Positions 19,682-30,500 of a stretch of DNA of 64,000 nucleotides are shown one piece after another (position 1 is the first letter of the stretch; each line of letters begins with the position of its first letter). The notes under the pieces are model-generated. The model worked only from the letters and a program-made list of their open reading frames with translations, was not told where the DNA came from and did not search any database. This stretch comes from Longimicrobiales bacterium (GTDB taxonomy: Bacteria > Gemmatimonadota > Gemmatimonadetes > Longimicrobiales > Gaopeijiaceae): the NCBI GenBank assembly GCA_965203485.1, contig OZ241892.1, positions 928,001 to 992,000 on the forward strand, read 5' to 3'. The translations under genes and the position numbers were made by a program.

Positions 19682-22053
19682 GGGGGTGGCCCCCGGTGCT
19701 CGTGATTGCCGTGGGCTTCGCCGCGGGAGCGGCTGCCGGCACGGCCCCCGGTTCCGGTGGAATCGCCTTCGCCGCCTTCTTGGCCGCGGCGCCCATCCTG
19801 CTATTGCGCGGCCCCCGGTCCCGCGCCGCCGTCGTCTGGCTGTGCGCGGCCGCCGGCTTCGCTTCGGCGCTCGCGGCCCGGCGGTCGAAGGACCGGTGCA
19901 CCGAGGGTCTCGCGGACGGCGCCCCGGCGGTCGTCTCGGGATACTTCGTGCAGGCCAGCGCGCGCGCGTCCACGTTCCGGACCGTGGCCGGTCCCGGCAG
20001 CCGCTGCGGCGCCACGGTCAGCGTCTTCGCGCGCGACGGCGCTCCCCCCGAGGCGCGCTTCGTTGCGGTCGAGGGCCGCTGGGTGCGGGCCGCGCGTCCC
20101 GACGGCTCCGAGTCGCTCTACCTCGGCGCGTCGTCCGTCCGGCTCTCGGAAGGCCGCGTGCCGCTCGCCCACCGGATCAGGACCGCCGTCCGCGAGCGCG
20201 CCGCCGAGGCCGTCCGGCGGCGACTGGGCGCCCAGGCGGGAGTGGCGTCCGCGCTGGTTCTGGCCGAGCGCGAGGGCATCGCGCCCGAGCTCCGCGACGC
20301 CTTCGCCCGTTCGGGCAGCGCCCACCTGCTTTCCATATCGGGCTTCCACGTCGGAGTGATCGTCGGCCTTCTGGGAGCCGTCGCCGCCTTGGCGGGCGCG
20401 TCTCCGCGGGGCCGGGCCGCATGGGTCGCCGTCGGCGTCTGGGCCTACGTGCTCGCCATCGGCGCGCCCACGTCCGCAACCCGCGCCGCGTGGATGGCCA
20501 CGGCCTTCGTCGCCGGCCGCCTCCGCCGGGCTCCGGCCCGCGCCCTCGGCGCCCTCGGCTTCTCGATGCTCATGCTCGTCCTCGCCGATCCCGCGGTCGC
20601 CGCCGGGGCCGGGTTCCAGCTCACCGTCGCGGGCACCGCCGGCATTCTCGTCCTGGCCAAGTGGATCCTCGGCCGCTGGCCCGCCCACCGCGGCCGCGGC
20701 TGGATCGCGCCGCCCGTCGCCGCCGGCCTGGGCGCCTCGCTGTTCACGGCCCCCGTGCTCGCTTGGCACTTCGGCGAGGTGCCGCTCCTGTCGCTTCCGT
20801 CGTCCATTCTGCTCACGCCGCTGGTCGCCGCGGCCGTCCCCGGCATCCTCCTGACCATCGTGCTGGACGTCCTGCGGCTGCCGGGCGCGGCGCTCGCGGG
20901 TTCGGGCGCGGAAGGTCTCCTGCACGCGGTGACCGCGACCGCGCGCGTCTTGGGATCGGTCCCCGGCTCGGTCGTCCTGGCAACCCCCAGCGAGGCCGCG
21001 CTGCTGGCCGTAGGCGCGGCGCTTCCGCTGCTGCTGGGGGGCGCCTCTTCGTGGCGGGTTCGCCCGTTGTTCCGAGCCGGAGCCGCCGCGACCAGCGCCT
21101 GCGTCGTCCTGTGGCTCGGCCAAGCCGCTCTTTCCCTGGCCGGGCGCGGTCGGCTCGAGGTCGTGGCCATCGACGTCGGGCAGGGCGACGCCATCGCCGT
21201 CCGCACTCCCGCCGGCCGCTGGCTCCTCGTGGACGCAGGCCCGCGCTTCTCCGATTCCGACGCCGGTCTTACCCGCGTGGTCCCGTACCTGCGCGGCCGC
21301 GGCGTCCGTCGGCTCGAAGCCGTCGTGCTGACCCATCCCGACGAGGATCACGCGGGCGGCCTCGCGTCGGTCCTCCGCCATCTTCCGGCCGCGGTGGTCC
21401 TGGGGCCGGGCTTCGGCGGCGGCCAGTCCGGTCACATGGCGGGCCTCCAGGAGGCGCGCGACGCCGGCATCCCCTGGCGGCGCGCGGCCGCCGGCGACGC
21501 CTGGACCATCGACGGCGTGTCGTTCCAGGTGCTGAGCCCCGATCCGCCTGCCGAGTCCGGTCGCGAAGCCGTGCCGTCTCCCGGCTCCCGGACGTCTCCT
21601 GGGTCCCGAGCGGCCCCTGAAGCCCGGCCGCCCCCCGGCGCGCGGACGTCCCCGGAGCCCCGGCGCCGCGCCGAGGCCCGCCCGGAATCCCCCAACGACT
21701 GGTCCGTCGTGCTGCGCGTCTCCTACGGGGAGTTCGACGCCCTGCTGATGGGAGACGCCGACGCGCGAATCGAAGAGCGCCTGACCCGCCGGGGCGAAGC
21801 CGGCCCGGCCGAACTCCTCAAGGTCGGCCACCACGGCAGCCGCACCTCGACCTCCGAGTCCTTTCTCCTCGCCGTGCGCCCCGCCTACGCTCTCGTCTCG
21901 GCGGGCAAGCGCAACCGCTACGGCCACCCCGCCCCCGAGGTCCTGGCCCGCCTCGGCCGCTCCGGCGCGCGCGTTCTCCGCACCGATCTCCACGGCACCG
22001 CGTCCGTCGTCGCCCGCCCCGACGGCTCCGCAAGCGTCCGCACCCAGCGCTGA
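19678..22053 (+). CDS. comEC: DNA uptake channel ComEC/Rec2
   Basis: AHLLSISGFHVG, GFQL, DVGQGD, THPDEDHAGG, KVGHHGS, NRYGHP. Confidence 0.95.
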   Translation: MRGWPPVLVIAVGFAAGAAAGTAPGSGGIAFAAFLAAAPILLLRGPRSRAAVVWLCAAAGFASALAARRSKDRCTEGLADGAPAVVSGYFVQASARASTFRTVAGPGSRCGATVSVFARDGAPPEARFVAVEGRWVRAARPDGSESLYLGASSVRLSEGRVPLAHRIRTAVRERAAEAVRRRLGAQAGVASALVLAEREGIAPELRDAFARSGSAHLLSISGFHVGVIVGLLGAVAALAGASPRGRAAWVAVGVWAYVLAIGAPTSATRAAWMATAFVAGRLRRAPARALGALGFSMLMLVLADPAVAAGAGFQLTVAGTAGILVLAKWILGRWPAHRGRGWIAPPVAAGLGASLFTAPVLAWHFGEVPLLSLPSSILLTPLVAAAVPGILLTIVLDVLRLPGAALAGSGAEGLLHAVTATARVLGSVPGSVVLATPSEAALLAVGAALPLLLGGASSWRVRPLFRAGAAATSACVVLWLGQAALSLAGRGRLEVVAIDVGQGDAIAVRTPAGRWLLVDAGPRFSDSDAGLTRVVPYLRGRGVRRLEAVVLTHPDEDHAGGLASVLRHLPAAVVLGPGFGGGQSGHMAGLQEARDAGIPWRRAAAGDAWTIDGVSFQVLSPDPPAESGREAVPSPGSRTSPGSRAAPEARPPPGARTSPEPRRRAEARPESPNDWSVVLRVSYGEFDALLMGDADARIEERLTRRGEAGPAELLKVGHHGSRTSTSESFLLAVRPAYALVSAGKRNRYGHPAPEVLARLGRSGARVLRTDLHGTASVVARPDGSASVRTQR
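21574..21681 (+). repeat. Six degenerate in-frame 18-bp tandem repeats inside comEC
   Basis: Encodes PSPGSR TSPGSR AAPEAR PPPGAR TSPEPR RRAEAR. Confidence 0.7.
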
Positions 22054-22246
22054 GCCGCCGCTCGCTCGCCGCCGCGCCGCCGCACCGCAACCGCGCCGCC
22101 GCGGGGGGACGGGACGTGGCGGCAGGACTCCGCGAGCGCCTGCGAGCTGGTTGACTTGGAGCGCCTGCCGGAGTACGCTTTGGCGGGCCGGGAACCGGCC
22201 GTAGCCGGGGCCGAGCCCCCCGGGCGCCTCCGCGGCACCTTCGAAC

Positions 22247-23272
22247 ATGCGCGCCAAAGTCGTCACGATCGACCGCCACATCATCGACCAGGAGCGGAAG
22301 CACCCGGGAGCGTCGGGCCGCTTCTCGGCGCTCCTGTACGACATCGCGCTGGCCGCCAAGATCATCTCGCGCGAGGTCAACAAGGCCGGTCTCGTCGACG
22401 TCCTCGGCAAGACCGGGGCCGTCAACGTGCAGGGCGAGCACGTCCAGAAGCTCGACGACTTCGCCCAGGAGGTCATCGTCAAGGCGATGGACCACGCGGG
22501 CCACCTCTGCTGCATGGTCTCGGAGGAGTGCGACGGCATCATCCCCATCCCGGCCAAGTTCGACACCGGCAACTACGTCCTTATGTTCGACCCGCTCGAC
22601 GGCTCGTCCAACATCGGCGTCAACGTGTCGATCGGCACCATCTTCTCGGTCCACCACAGGATCTCGCCGGGCCGGGGCCCCGGACGCCTGGAAGATTGCC
22701 TGCAACCCGGCTCCAAGCAGGTCGCCGCAGGCTACGTCGTCTACGGATCCTCCACCATGCTCGTCTACACGACCGGGCTGGACCGGGGCGTCCACGGCTT
22801 CACGCTCGACCCCTCCATCGGCGAGTTCCTGCTCAGCCACCCGAACATCCGCCTGCCGGAACCGCCCGCCCGCATCTACTCGGTCAACGAGGCGTACTAC
22901 CCCCGCTGGGCGCGGGGCCAGCGCCGCCTGGTCGATCACTTCCGGAGCATGAACGGCGAGAGCGGCGGCGCGAAGGGAGGCTGGAAGTCCCGCTACATCG
23001 GCTCGTTGGTGTCGGACTTCCACCGCACGCTCCTCGCGGGAGGCCTCTTCATGTACCCCGTCGAGTCGCGGGCGCCGCGCGGCAAGCTCCGCATTCTCTA
23101 CGAGGCCGCCCCGCTCGCGCTGGTCTGCGAAGCGGCGGGCGGCCGGGCCTCCGACGGAGCCCGCGACATCCTCGACATCGTGCCGTCCGGCCTCCACGAC
23201 CGCACTCCGCTCTTCCTCGGGTCTCGCCATTTCGTCGACCTGGCCGAGAAGTACGTCGGAGAAGAAGCCTGA
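22247..23272 (+). CDS. fbp: Class 1 fructose-1,6-bisphosphatase
   Basis: [51 protein letters not shown]. Confidence 0.97.
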   Translation: MRAKVVTIDRHIIDQERKHPGASGRFSALLYDIALAAKIISREVNKAGLVDVLGKTGAVNVQGEHVQKLDDFAQEVIVKAMDHAGHLCCMVSEECDGIIPIPAKFDTGNYVLMFDPLDGSSNIGVNVSIGTIFSVHHRISPGRGPGRLEDCLQPGSKQVAAGYVVYGSSTMLVYTTGLDRGVHGFTLDPSIGEFLLSHPNIRLPEPPARIYSVNEAYYPRWARGQRRLVDHFRSMNGESGGAKGGWKSRYIGSLVSDFHRTLLAGGLFMYPVESRAPRGKLRILYEAAPLALVCEAAGGRASDGARDILDIVPSGLHDRTPLFLGSRHFVDLAEKYVGEEA

Positions 23273-23403
23273 CCAGCAAATCGACGCGCCGGAAGGCCGC
23301 GCGGAGGTCGGATTCATGAACACGACGGTTTCTTGACCACCCGCCCGGAGGCGGGCCAGGACGCATTTCGTTGATGGGCAAGGACTTGCCTACCGCGAAG
23401 GCG

Positions 23404-23419
23404 TGGCGCCGATCTTGCA
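23404..23419 (+). promoter_or_regulatory. Sigma54 (-24/-12) promoter for lipoprotein A
   Basis: TGGCGCCGATCTTGCA fits TGGC-N7-TTGC; the same element lies before paralog B. Confidence 0.75.
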
Positions 23420-23552
23420 ACACACGCTCGCACACGCTATGCTTATTGCGTCGCGACGGCTTCGGCCCGAGCGTCGCGAAAGCCCAAACGGACATTGCTC
23501 CGGGAGGCGGTCGGCCCGGAGTTGCATCCCTCAAAAGCCAACGGGGAGAAGC

Positions 23553-26500
23553 ATGAACAGAGTGAAGCAGATGGCGGGGGCGCTGATGTTGCTGGTGCCG
23601 CTGGCGGCGTGCGACGAGGGCACGCCTCCTCCGCCGACGGGCTCGATCGAGGGCACGGTGTCGATCGAGGGCACGGGAGCGGACGGCGTGACGGTGACGT
23701 TGAGCAACGGCACGACGGCGACGACGGCCGGTGGCGGGGCGTACCGTTTCGCGGGCGTCGAGGGCGGGTCGTACACGGTGACGATCAGCGGGTATCCGTC
23801 GGACGCGAGCTTCGACGCGACGCAGGCGTCGGCGGTGATCGCGACGGCGAACCAGGTGGTTCGGCTGAACTTCACGGGTTCGTACATCCGGACGTCGAGC
23901 ATTTTGGGCGACGTGACGGTGGAGGGCGTGGGGCAGGCCGGGGTGACGGTGACGCTGTCGGGGATGTCGGACGGGACGACGCGGACGAGCGCGGAGGGGT
24001 CGTACGCGTTCACGGGTTTGCGGGCCGGGACGTACACGGTGGAGGTGTCGGGGTTCGACAGCGACGCGTACAGCTTTTCGAACACGAGCGAGAGCGCGAC
24101 GGTGGGCGTGGGCGCGTCGGCGGAGGTGGACTTCGCGGGCACGCACATCCGGACGGCGAGCATTCGCGGGACGGTGACGGTGGCCGGCGAGGGGCTCGAG
24201 GGCGTTCTGGTGAGCTTGAGCGGCGTGTCGGAGGCGACGAGGACGACGGACGGCGCGGGCTCGTACGAGTTCACGGGCTTGCAGGCGGGGTCGTACACGG
24301 TGGCGATCTCGGGGTTCGACGCGGAGCAGTACGGGTTCAGCGTGACGACGCGCAACGAGGACTTGAGCGTGGGCGAGAGGGCGAACCTGAACTTCGAGGG
24401 CACGGCGTTGCGGACGGCCAGCGTGACGGGCCGCCTGTTCATCGACGAGGTGACGAATAACAACGAGATGGACGAAGGCGAGGCCCCTCTCGAGGTCGCG
24501 GGCGTGAAGGTGGTGCTGGTTGGTCCTTTGGTGGGCGATGCCGACACGACGACGACGGACGCGAAGGGGACGTACGGGTTCGACTCGTTGGTCATGGGCA
24601 ACTACCGGGTGAGAATCGACCAAGCGGACACGACGGCGAAGTTGCCGGCGTATGTGGCCTACGGGGGCCCGGCGGACGGCTACCTGGTGAGCGTGGAGAC
24701 GGGGTCGAGCGCGAAGACGCAGGACTTCCCGTACGACATCACGAGGCAGACGGTGAAGGTGAAGGCGATGTTCGCGGCGGACACGACGGCGGCGGGGATG
24801 GGCGGTCCTGCGGCGGGCGTGACGATCGACCTGCACGCGACGTCCGGTGAGGCCCAGGCGGGCGACTCAGGCGCCCTGGGCCGGAAGAAGACGGACTCGA
24901 CGGGCTACGTGACGTTCATGTTCGACCGCGACGACGACAAGGGACCGGGCGGCGGGCTGGTGTACGCGCGGGCCACGGCGCCTGCGGGCACGGCGCTGGA
25001 AGGCGCCGTGACGATTCCGATCGAATACGAGCCGATGAACCACGAAGCGGCGGCGAGCTCGATGTTCATGGTGCTGAGCACGCGGGCGATTCTGGAGTTC
25101 TCGGTGGTGAACCGGAGCAACGACGGCGAGAGCGGCGGCGACCCGATGGCGGGTTGGACGGTGCACGTTTGGAACGACTCGGCGTCGGCTTCGCTGAAGG
25201 ACACTGCGACGGCGGCGCCGGACACCACGCTGGCGTCGGCGGCGAAGACGGGCAAGGTCGCGGTGACGTACAATGGGGTGGAGCGCGATCAGAAGTACTA
25301 CATCCGCCTGCCGGGCGGCACGCCCGAGGTGTCGGGCGAGAGCCAGGACACGTCGGTCACCAAGGGCGAGGAGTTCAAGCTGACGGTGATGGCGGGCGCC
25401 GGCGGCAAGGCGATGACGATGGCGCTCGACGCGGACAGCAAGACGGCCGCGACGCCGTTCCTGGTGTACGAGCACACCGGGCTGGCGCTTCCGGCGGCGA
25501 AGATGGACTTGGGGGAGGTCGCGGTGACGTTCACCACGCAGACGCTCGTCGTCGGAGTCCACCACGAGCGCGACGACATCGAGGGCTTCACCAACATCGA
25601 TCCCGGCGACACCCGGCCCAGCCGGGCCGACGACGGCGACGCGGACAACGACATCGACTCCGACATCGTGATCTCGCTGGCCGTGCCCGACAGCCTGCGC
25701 GGCTACCCCGTTCCGCTCAAGGACGAGAACGGCCAGGACATCGACTACGACAGGAATCCGAAGACCAACGTCTACGCCGACTACGGCCGCGACGACGGCT
25801 TGGTCCGGTACGAGGGACTGCCGTCGGACGTGAACCTCATCGTCGAGGCCGAGTTCTTGAACACCAAGATCGGCATCTCGCCCGAACGCCTCAACGTGTT
25901 CGGAAAGGACGTGGACACCGAGAAGACGGCGACCACGGGGGCCTTCGGCGGCGCGGGCGGCCTCATGCCGGTCGTCCAGTTCTGCCCGCAAAAGTTCGAG
26001 CCGGGCGCGCCGGAATCCCTGTGCTCCACGTTCGCCTACAAGTTCAAGAGCGGCGTCATCGACGTGTTGGCCCATTCGAAGACCTACACGGAGAGCGACA
26101 GCGTTCCCGCCGCAGGCATCGCGGTCAAGGTCCGGCGGATCAAGGGCTTGGGCGCCACGTCTCCGAAGCCGGACACCACGGGTGCGAGCGGCGCCGCCGA
26201 GTTCCTCAACTTGGTGGACGGCACGTACGTGGTGACGGCGACGCCGGACGAGGCCGGCAACTGGGACTTCGACTGGGGGCCGGACACGGTGGTCGTTCTC
26301 GGCGGCACGCACGCCGAAGTCACCAACCTCAACACGGCGAGCGACCCGTTGCATGTGGTTGCCACGTACCAGAAGACGAAGATTCAGGGCACGGTGGTGA
26401 ACGACTACGACGCGGATGGCGTCGCGGACGACGAAGAGACTCGGGCCGGCTTGGAGGTCTCCGCGCAACGCAAGAGCGGGACGAGGTACTCGACGGTCGC

Positions 26501-27173
26501 GACGACGGAGACCGACGCGGGCGGGGAATACGAGTTCAAAAGCCTTCCGGAGGGGACGTATCGCGTTGTGGGCGCGGAGGCGGACGGCTATCGCCTGTGC
26601 TCGAGGCATGCAACAGGCCCGGACGCCGCGGGCAAGTGCAGCACGTCCGGCACGTCCCCGGCCCTGGCGAGGTCGGTGGACGTCACGACGACGGCGGTGG
26701 CGGCGAACCGGACTTACGAGCGCGACGCGACGTTGCCGTATTGGGACCCTTGGGCCTACCAGGTCGCGAGCCAGGGCGACGACACGGACTTCGTGGTGCT
26801 GTTCAAGAACAGCCGCCTGACCGGGAACGCGATCTTCATCGACACCAACCCGACGCCTCACGACACGAGCTACGCAGGCCACGAGGTGCGCGCGTACCTG
26901 TGCAGCGCGTGGACGGGCGCTAACACCGTGGGCAACAGGTGCACTAGGTTCCCGAACAACGGCCGGCCGGACGAAACGACGACGACGGACTCGGAGGGGG
27001 ATTGGGAGATGACCGGGTTGCAGGAAGGCGTCTACCGCGTTTCGGTCGACGTTCCGCAGGGCTATACGTCGGTCCCCGCGACGCTCGAGACGTCAGAACC
27101 CGCCGACGGTCGCCCGGCGATGAGAGGCGACGGAGCCCGGACGCGGAACCTGAACTTCGTGGTGTCCAACTAG
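23553..27173 (+). CDS. Large surface lipoprotein A (1206 aa) with carboxypeptidase-regulatory/Cna-B/SdrD-B-like repeats
   Basis: SD ggggag; lipobox VPLAAC; ~87-aa repeats (I.G.V...G.G..GV.V.L..T...G.Y.F.GL..G.Y.V); DxxxNNxxDxGE and DYDADG Ca-loop-like motifs. Confidence 0.88.
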   Translation: MNRVKQMAGALMLLVPLAACDEGTPPPPTGSIEGTVSIEGTGADGVTVTLSNGTTATTAGGGAYRFAGVEGGSYTVTISGYPSDASFDATQASAVIATANQVVRLNFTGSYIRTSSILGDVTVEGVGQAGVTVTLSGMSDGTTRTSAEGSYAFTGLRAGTYTVEVSGFDSDAYSFSNTSESATVGVGASAEVDFAGTHIRTASIRGTVTVAGEGLEGVLVSLSGVSEATRTTDGAGSYEFTGLQAGSYTVAISGFDAEQYGFSVTTRNEDLSVGERANLNFEGTALRTASVTGRLFIDEVTNNNEMDEGEAPLEVAGVKVVLVGPLVGDADTTTTDAKGTYGFDSLVMGNYRVRIDQADTTAKLPAYVAYGGPADGYLVSVETGSSAKTQDFPYDITRQTVKVKAMFAADTTAAGMGGPAAGVTIDLHATSGEAQAGDSGALGRKKTDSTGYVTFMFDRDDDKGPGGGLVYARATAPAGTALEGAVTIPIEYEPMNHEAAASSMFMVLSTRAILEFSVVNRSNDGESGGDPMAGWTVHVWNDSASASLKDTATAAPDTTLASAAKTGKVAVTYNGVERDQKYYIRLPGGTPEVSGESQDTSVTKGEEFKLTVMAGAGGKAMTMALDADSKTAATPFLVYEHTGLALPAAKMDLGEVAVTFTTQTLVVGVHHERDDIEGFTNIDPGDTRPSRADDGDADNDIDSDIVISLAVPDSLRGYPVPLKDENGQDIDYDRNPKTNVYADYGRDDGLVRYEGLPSDVNLIVEAEFLNTKIGISPERLNVFGKDVDTEKTATTGAFGGAGGLMPVVQFCPQKFEPGAPESLCSTFAYKFKSGVIDVLAHSKTYTESDSVPAAGIAVKVRRIKGLGATSPKPDTTGASGAAEFLNLVDGTYVVTATPDEAGNWDFDWGPDTVVVLGGTHAEVTNLNTASDPLHVVATYQKTKIQGTVVNDYDADGVADDEETRAGLEVSAQRKSGTRYSTVATTETDAGGEYEFKSLPEGTYRVVGAEADGYRLCSRHATGPDAAGKCSTSGTSPALARSVDVTTTAVAANRTYERDATLPYWDPWAYQVASQGDDTDFVVLFKNSRLTGNAIFIDTNPTPHDTSYAGHEVRAYLCSAWTGANTVGNRCTRFPNNGRPDETTTTDSEGDWEMTGLQEGVYRVSVDVPQGYTSVPATLETSEPADGRPAMRGDGARTRNLNFVVSN

Positions 27174-27187
27174 GCAGTCGAGGAAGG

Positions 27188-27233
27188 GCCGGCGCCGGCC
27201 CCTCGGGAAATTCGCCGAGGGGTCGGCGTCGGC
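27188..27233 (+). terminator. GC-rich hairpin after lipoprotein A (no U-tract)
   Basis: gccggcgccggcccctcgg-gaaattcg-ccgaggggtcggcgtcggc. Confidence 0.6.
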
Positions 27234-27389
27234 AAGCTGGACCCCGGGGCGCCGCCGGGCCGGAGAGCGACTCGATTCGAGGAAAGGGACGAAAATTGCA
27301 ATGCACACGAGTCTTTCCGGCACTATGAAGAATCCGCGATTTGGCTTCGATCTTGTTTGCCAGAAACGATTTAGCGTTCTTGGCAGTTG

Positions 27390-27405
27390 TGGCGCCGATC
27401 TTGCT
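27390..27405 (+). promoter_or_regulatory. Sigma54 (-24/-12) promoter for lipoprotein B
   Basis: TGGCGCCGATCTTGCT; 15/16 identical to 23404-23419 within otherwise unlike upstream DNA. Confidence 0.75.
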
Positions 27406-27516
27406 GGAAATAGCGGGGCAGTACCGGAAAACCGGTTTCAACGAGTTGCTGGGGCCGATCGGGCGCACCGCCCGGCGGAACCCAGGCGACGAACCTCCAT
27501 TCCAACGGGGAGAAGC

Positions 27517-30500
27517 ATGAACAGAGTGAAGCAGATGGCGGGGGCGCTGATGTTGCTGGTGCCGCTGGCGGCGTGCGACGAGGGCACGCCTCCTCCGCCG
27601 ACGGGCTCGATCGAGGGCACGGTGTCGATCGAGGGCACGGGAGCGGACGGCGTGACGGTGACGTTGAGCAACGGCACGACGGCGACGACGGCCGGTGGCG
27701 GGGCGTACCGTTTCACGGGCGTCGAGGGCGGGTCGTACACGGTGACGATCAGCGGGTATCCGTCGGACGCGAGCTTCGACGCGACGCAGGCGTCGGCGGT
27801 GATCGCGACGGCGAACCAGGTGGTTCGGCTGAACTTCACGGGTTCGTACATCCGGACGTCGAGCATTTTGGGCGACGTGACGGTGGAGGGCGTGGGGCAG
27901 GCCGGGGTGACGGTGACGCTGTCGGGGATGTCGGACGGGACGACGCGGACGAGCGCGGAGGGGTCGTACGCGTTCACGGGTTTGCGGGCCGGGACGTACA
28001 CGGTGGAGGTGTCGGGGTTCGACAGCGACGCGTACAGCTTTTCGAACACGAGCGAGAGCGCGACGGTGGGCGTGGGCGCGTCGGCGGAGGTGGACTTCGC
28101 GGGCACGCACATCCGGACGGCGAGCATTCGCGGGACGGTGACGGTGGCCGGCGAGGGGCTCGAGGGCGTTCTGGTGAGCTTGAGCGGCGTGTCGGAGGCG
28201 ACGAGGACGACGGACGGCGCGGGCTCGTACGAGTTCACGGGCTTGCAGGCGGGGTCGTACACGGTGGCGATCTCGGGGTTCGACGCGGAGCAGTACGGGT
28301 TCAGCGTGACGACGCGCAACGAGGACTTGAGCGTGGGCGAGAGGGCGAACCTGAACTTCGAGGGCACGGCGTTGCGGACGGCGAGCGTGACGGGCCGCCT
28401 GTTCATCGACGAGGTGAATAGCAACAACAAGATGGATGTCGGCGAGGACCCTCTTGAGGTCGCGGGCGTGAAGGTGGTGCTGGTTGGTCCTTTGGTGGGC
28501 GATGCCGACACGACGACGACGGACGCGAAGGGGATGTACGGGTTCGACTCGTTGCTGATGGGCAGCTACCGCGTGTATGTCGACGTGGCGGCTACGGCGA
28601 AGGACACGACGGTTAAGTTGCCGGCGCATGTGGCTTACGGCGGCGAGAGCAGCTACACACACCGGCTGGCGTCGGGCACGAGTTCGGCGACGCAGGACTT
28701 CGCGTACGACATCACGAGGCAGACGGTGAAGGTGAAGGCGATGTTCGCGGCGGACACGACGGCGGCGGGGATGGGTGGTCCTGCGGCGGGCGTGACGATC
28801 GACCTGCACGCGACGTCCGGTGAGGCCCAGGCGGGCGACTCAGGCGCCCTGGGCCGGAAGAAGACGGACTCGACGGGCTACGTGACGTTCATGTTCGACC
28901 GCGACGACGACAAGGGACCGGGCGGCGGGCTGGTGTACGCGCGGGCCACGGCGCCTGCGGGCACGGCGCTGAAAGGCGCCGTGACGATTCCGATCGAATA
29001 CGAGCCGATGAACCACGAAGCGGCGGCGAGCTCGATGTTCATGGTGCTGAGCACGCGGGCGATTCTGGAGTTCTCGGTGGTGAACCGGAGCAACGACGGC
29101 GAGGGCGGCGGCGACCCGATGGTGGGTTGGACGGTGCACGTTTGGAACGACTCGACGTCGGCTTCGCTGAAGGACACTGCGAAGGCGGCGCCGTCGGACA
29201 CGCTGGCGTCGGCGGCGAAGACGGGCAAGGTCGCGGTGACGTACAATGGGGTGGATCGCGGCCAGAAGTACTACATCCGCCTGCCGGGCGGCACGCCCGA
29301 GGTGTCGGGCGAGAGCCAGGACACGTCGGTCACCAAGGGCGAGGAGTTCAAGCTGACGGTGATGGCGGGCGCCGGCGGCAAGGCGATGACGATGGCGCTC
29401 GACGCGGACAGCAAGACGGCCGCGACGCCGTTCCTGGTGTACGAGCACACCGGGCTGGCGCTTCCGACGGCGAAGATGGACTTGGGGGAGGTCGCGGTGA
29501 CGTTCACCACGCAGACCCTCGTCGTCGGCGTCCACCAGGAGCGCGACAACGTCCCGGGCTTCACCAACATCGCTCCGGGCGATGTCCGGCCCGTAGCCAA
29601 CGATACCCCCGCGGACATCGTGATCTCGCTGGCCGTGCCCGACAGCAGGGGCTACCCGACGGCGATCTTGGACGACGAGGGCCAGGAGATGAACTACGAC
29701 AGGATGCCGGGGGCCGGCACGGGCCTGGTGAGATATCCGAGTCTGGATTCGGAACTCAAGTTGATCGTCGAGGCCGACGCCAGTAATAACAAGAAAATCG
29801 TCACGCCCGACCGTCTCAATGTCTTCGGAGAAGATGTCGACACCGACGCGCACGGAACGACGGGGGCCTTCGGCGAGGCCGGCGGGCTCATGCCTGTCGT
29901 GCACTTCTGCCCGGAGACGACGACCGACGGACCGGCGTACAAGGACGATTGCTCCACGTTCGGCTACAAATTCACGGATGGCTCGATCAGCCGGACTATC
30001 ACTTCCGCCAGTTACGCGGGCGGTGACAGCGTGCCTGCTGCAGGGGTTATAGTTGCCGTCAAGGCGATCGACGGCATCGATGCCCGCTCTCCGAGACCGA
30101 AGAAAGCGAGTGCGGCCGGCGTAGCCTCCTTCGCGGATTTGGTGGACGGCACGTATGAGATTACGGTGATGCCGGACAGCACCGGCAACTGGGATTTCCC
30201 TTCAACGATGCGTCCAGACACATTGGTGCTTCTCGGCGGCTCAGCCGCTGGAGAGCGCTCCTACAGCAACAGCAACGCGAAGCGTATCATCGCCACGTAC
30301 CAGAAGACGAAGATTCAGGGCACGGTGGTGAACGACTACGACGCGGATGGCGTCGCGGACGACGAAGAGACTCGGGCTGGCTTGGCGGTCTCCGCGCAGC
30401 GCAAGAGCGGGACGAAGTACTCGACGGTCGCGACGACGATGACCGACACGGACGGGGAATACGAGTTCGAAAACCTTCCGGAAGGGACGTATCGCGTTGC

